Shown piece by piece: positions 61,425 to 64,000 of a stretch of 64,000 bases of DNA. The position numbers were made by a program, and so were the translations under genes. The stretch lies in sequence record PP456879.1; one strand, given 5' to 3'. Positions within the stretch are counted from its first letter, which is position 1. Each line of letters opens with the position of its first letter. The notes beneath the pieces were generated by a model. That model saw only the letters and a list, made by a program, of their open reading frames with translations. It did not search any database and was not told where the DNA came from.

Positions 61425-61444
61425 GCTCTCCCTTCGGGGAGAGC
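61425..61444 (+). terminator. Hairpin terminator (cUUCGg)
   Basis: GCTCTCCC-TTCG-GGGAGAGC after dnaB. Confidence 0.85.
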
Positions 61445-61469
61445 ACTATAATTTTAATAGGTAATCTAA

Positions 61470-61838
61470 ATGAGTGCAATTGATAATTTAGTAAATACTT
61501 TAAGAAAGAATATTAGTGAATGTAGAAAGTTTAATCGACCCCTATTTGCACGTGTATATGCCGCATCACAAAATTACGATAAAATCCGTTATGCTGTGGC
61601 AGAAGAAGCCCATTATTTTAAATATGGTAAATATGCAGAAGGTAATAACCTCAATATCGATGAACTTATCAGTGATCTATATCTGTACTACACTATCTAT
61701 GTCGATGTGATCCGTAAACCTTTACCTGATCCTAATGGGGATTTCATCAGTATTGTAAATCAAGATCATTACACGCATATATACTGGGATTTAGATCGGT
61801 GTGAATCTATTCCAGATGATGTAAAGGAGTTAATGTAA
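61470..61838 (+). CDS. Hypothetical protein
   Basis: 122-aa ORF, AGGT SD. Confidence 0.75.
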   Translation: MSAIDNLVNTLRKNISECRKFNRPLFARVYAASQNYDKIRYAVAEEAHYFKYGKYAEGNNLNIDELISDLYLYYTIYVDVIRKPLPDPNGDFISIVNQDHYTHIYWDLDRCESIPDDVKELM

Positions 61839-61839
61839 T

Positions 61840-62076
61840 ATGTACTATGGTAATGTTTATATTATCTTTATTGGTGGTTTATTAATATTTATCCTAGGAT
61901 TGGTATTTGGAGGAATACTGGGAGAAGAGAACAATAACGTATATAAACTCAAATCCCAACAATTTGAATACTGCGTTAAAAATAAACAATCAAAAAATAA
62001 TGACAGTGAAAATATCCAAGTTATTAAAGTATGCGCAGAGTCTATTGTACTCCTATATCCGACTAATGAAAAATAA
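61840..62076 (+). CDS. Small single-pass membrane protein
   Basis: 78 aa; N-terminal TM helix, two Cys in the C-domain; AAGGAG SD. Confidence 0.7.
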   Translation: MYYGNVYIIFIGGLLIFILGLVFGGILGEENNNVYKLKSQQFEYCVKNKQSKNNDSENIQVIKVCAESIVLLYPTNEK

Positions 62077-62083
62077 AGCATTT

Positions 62084-62103
62084 AAGCCCTCATAGGAGGG
62101 CTT
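62084..62103 (+). terminator. Hairpin terminator
   Basis: AAGCCCTC-atag-GAGGGCTT followed by TT. Confidence 0.8.
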
Positions 62104-62107
62104 TTAT

Positions 62108-62715
62108 GTCGTATGGCTAATATGCTAGTGAATAACGAATAAAATCGATTATAGAGCAAATTAGAAGGTATTAAAGGCATAAAGAAAGTCTATCTCTAGA
62201 CTTATTATTTTTAATTAAAAAAAAATATAATCTATACTGTGTCTCCTTTTAGGGAGACAGTATGTATTAGCTAACGCTATTAGAATAATGCTAATATTGT
62301 TTATTATTAGAATAAGGATATACCTTCGGTATAGTTTATTATGAAATAAAAGCCCCTACGGGGCGATCCGATTCCTCAGTTCCACATTAGGTAAGATTCA
62401 TGAGTAATATTTGATTACCAGTATTACTCAATGATACTGGTAATAATATACTAGATTATTAACAATATGTATTGATCATTCTGATTAAGTCAAATTAGTT
62501 AATAAACAAATCAATTATCAACGAGTGATAACGGGTATTGATTACTAGCTAAAGAGATTAATTAGGATATCTACATGAGGAGTCGCTACCCCATGTATTC
62601 TGGAGTTTCTCTTTAGCGGGAGACTTAACTCCACTTGGGAGCCGCTTTAGCGGGCGGCTCTCACTTAAACAAAAAAAGAATTCAGATAAGTCCCTCTCCT
62701 TTAGGAGAGGGGTTG
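62108..62715 (+). ncRNA. Candidate structured non-coding RNA (alternatively an origin region)
   Basis: ~600 nt with no ORF and many hairpins; G-U wobbles and a cUUCGg loop favour the plus strand; TATG motifs at the 5' end, terminator at the 3' end. Confidence 0.4.
62692..62711. terminator. Hairpin terminator, likely bidirectional
   Basis: CCCTCTCC-ttta-GGAGAGGG with U-rich sequence on both strands. Confidence 0.8.
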
Positions 62716-62719
62716 TTTA

Positions 62720-63025
62720 TCATAGGCTTCTCCTTTCGGTTACATAGAACTTCTTCTGATCCATGTCAGTGTATGTTACTATGAAATTGTCGAAGGGGTT
62801 GATGGATACGGCTAAACCTGCGTTGTTGACGTATCCTATTGTAGGGCCAGCCCAATAACCAATGAAGTTACCTCTACGATCTCGACATTGGATAACATTA
62901 TCGGCTTGCGTTTTCGCAACCGACATGCTATGGGTTGATCCATCGGGTCTCTTGAAAAAGAAACCTACTTCCTGCATTCTGTGCAGGTCAGGGCTAACAT
63001 TGTTAGCGGTAACTGGAATTAACAT
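62720..63025 (-). CDS. Hypothetical protein
   Basis: 101-aa ORF, AGAGGA SD. Confidence 0.75.
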   Translation of the reverse strand: MLIPVTANNVSPDLHRMQEVGFFFKRPDGSTHSMSVAKTQADNVIQCRDRRGNFIGYWAGPTIGYVNNAGLAVSINPFDNFIVTYTDMDQKKFYVTERRSL

Positions 63026-63155
63026 GATTGTTCCTCTTGTTAATCCAAGCCCACTTGGGCGAAAATGTTGAGTATTTTTTACTCAACGGCATATAGCCCT
63101 ACTGTTACAGCAGTAGGGCTAATTCTTTTATTCTTAAAAGTTTAACTGAATAAAT

Positions 63156-63177
63156 GCCCTCTCCCGAAGGAGAGGGC
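63156..63177 (-). terminator. Hairpin terminator (cUUCGg)
   Basis: GCCCTCTCC-cgaa-GGAGAGGGC. Confidence 0.85.
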
Positions 63178-63190
63178 TTATGTCGTTAAT

Positions 63191-63466
63191 TTATTTAACC
63201 AGCGATGTTTCCCTAACACGAGAGATGCATAAATAATTACTGTAATCGCTGGGGTCGTACTCATCATACCCTAGACAACTTGTATGAATATATTCAGTAC
63301 TGATATTAATCATATCAAGAGTAATACCATCACCCCATTTCTTAGTTGCCATCTCGATAATATCGGCGATAGTATTGGCTACATAACAATCACCCAAGAT
63401 ATAAAAGGTATCTTCGGTATCATCCGGACGAAAATGACGAATACCATTCTGTGTATATTCACCCAT
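63191..63466 (-). CDS. Hypothetical protein
   Basis: 91-aa ORF, AGAGGA SD. Confidence 0.8.
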   Translation of the reverse strand: MGEYTQNGIRHFRPDDTEDTFYILGDCYVANTIADIIEMATKKWGDGITLDMINISTEYIHTSCLGYDEYDPSDYSNYLCISRVRETSLVK

Positions 63467-63467
63467 G

Positions 63468-63611
63468 TTAATTATCCTCTTTTCCTTCTTGAGTATGATG
63501 AGTGGGCTCTACCCAGTAAAAATCAATAAACAGATCAACTGGTTTACAGCCAACCATCTCGCTGTCATCGGCCCATTTACTTTCATCTACGATAATTTCT
63601 TCATTAGTCAT
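63468..63611 (-). CDS. Small acidic protein, 47 aa (MTNEEIIVDESKWADDSEMVGCKPVDLFIDFYWVEPTHHTQEGKEDN)
   Basis: Hand-translated; AAGGAG SD; fills the operon gap exactly. Confidence 0.7.
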   Translation of the reverse strand: MTNEEIIVDESKWADDSEMVGCKPVDLFIDFYWVEPTHHTQEGKEDN

Positions 63612-63650
63612 TTGTATTTCTCCTTATTTACTATAGTAAATATTGTTTAG

Positions 63651-63863
63651 TTACATAGTCCAATTAGTGGCTTCATCAACCATATCAGCTGCTTCTTTAT
63701 CAGAAGCATTCCAGAGTTTATCAGCCCATTCTTTATCCATTTCATTTTGGATATTTTCAAGACGCATGTAATTATGCCATGCCTGACCCAGTCGAAGATT
63801 CTTATTATTTTTGTAATAAATTCCAAACTCACCACGAACTGATGCAGGAATTGAAATAGTCAC
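63651..63863 (-). CDS. Hypothetical protein
   Basis: 70 aa, GTG start with AAGGAG SD overlapping the upstream stop. Confidence 0.75.
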   Translation of the reverse strand: MTISIPASVRGEFGIYYKNNKNLRLGQAWHNYMRLENIQNEMDKEWADKLWNASDKEAADMVDEATNWTM

Positions 63864-64000
63864 TTTATAATCTCCTTAGTTACTATCTGACGTGCTTCTT
63901 TATAAGAAATATTCGGATTATCATTGATGTATTTAAGAACTTTCTGATGTATAATGTTCTCTCGCTCAGTTAGTTCTTTTACTACTCTTTTAAAATAACC
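63860..64000 (-). CDS. 3' end of a gene truncated by the window edge (...KVLKYINDNPNISYKEARQIVTKEIIK*)
   Basis: 46 open codons ending in a TGA that overlaps the next GTG start. Confidence 0.6.
   Translation of the reverse strand, partial: GYFKRVVKELTERENIIHQKVLKYINDNPNISYKEARQIVTKEIIK

Overview
This window is a 64-kb segment of an AT-rich, nucleus-forming jumbo phage very close to Pseudomonas phage phiKZ. It is mostly reverse-oriented relative to the phiKZ map and runs roughly from the gp17x region down to about gp11x. The gp numbers are recalled from phiKZ synteny and protein lengths, not from a database search. Recognisable genes are SbcC/Rad50 ATPase, central spike plus PAAR tip, internal head proteins, RNase H, UvsX/RecA, a virion RNAP beta fragment (gp149) and a non-virion RNAP beta fragment (gp123). 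Also present are collagen-like fibres, the KZ144 endolysin, overlapping spanins, a RuvC-like nuclease, the gp131-135 fibre family, portal, major capsid protein (MCP) and DnaB-like helicase. The regulatory signals are early TATATTAC promoters, late TATG promoters and a family of GC-rich hairpin terminators. I saw no tRNA, rRNA, CRISPR array, intron or IS element. The strongest unexplained signal is the MCP stop. It is UGA after a Pro codon and is followed in frame by 26 codons (AGKGYRYLENGTIRYLEDGNARKLEE*) that lie before the terminator. This peptide matches the C-terminus of a separate virion protein (RLLENGAARYLENGQIRYLES*), which suggests programmed readthrough and a peptide-tag system for attaching fibres to the virion. 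Other highlights are a structured ~600-nt ORF-free region with twin identical-loop hairpins and a complementary loop, an SD-sequestering leader on the endolysin gene, a 2OG-Fe(II) oxygenase pair inside the fibre operon, and a second spanin-like gene pair.
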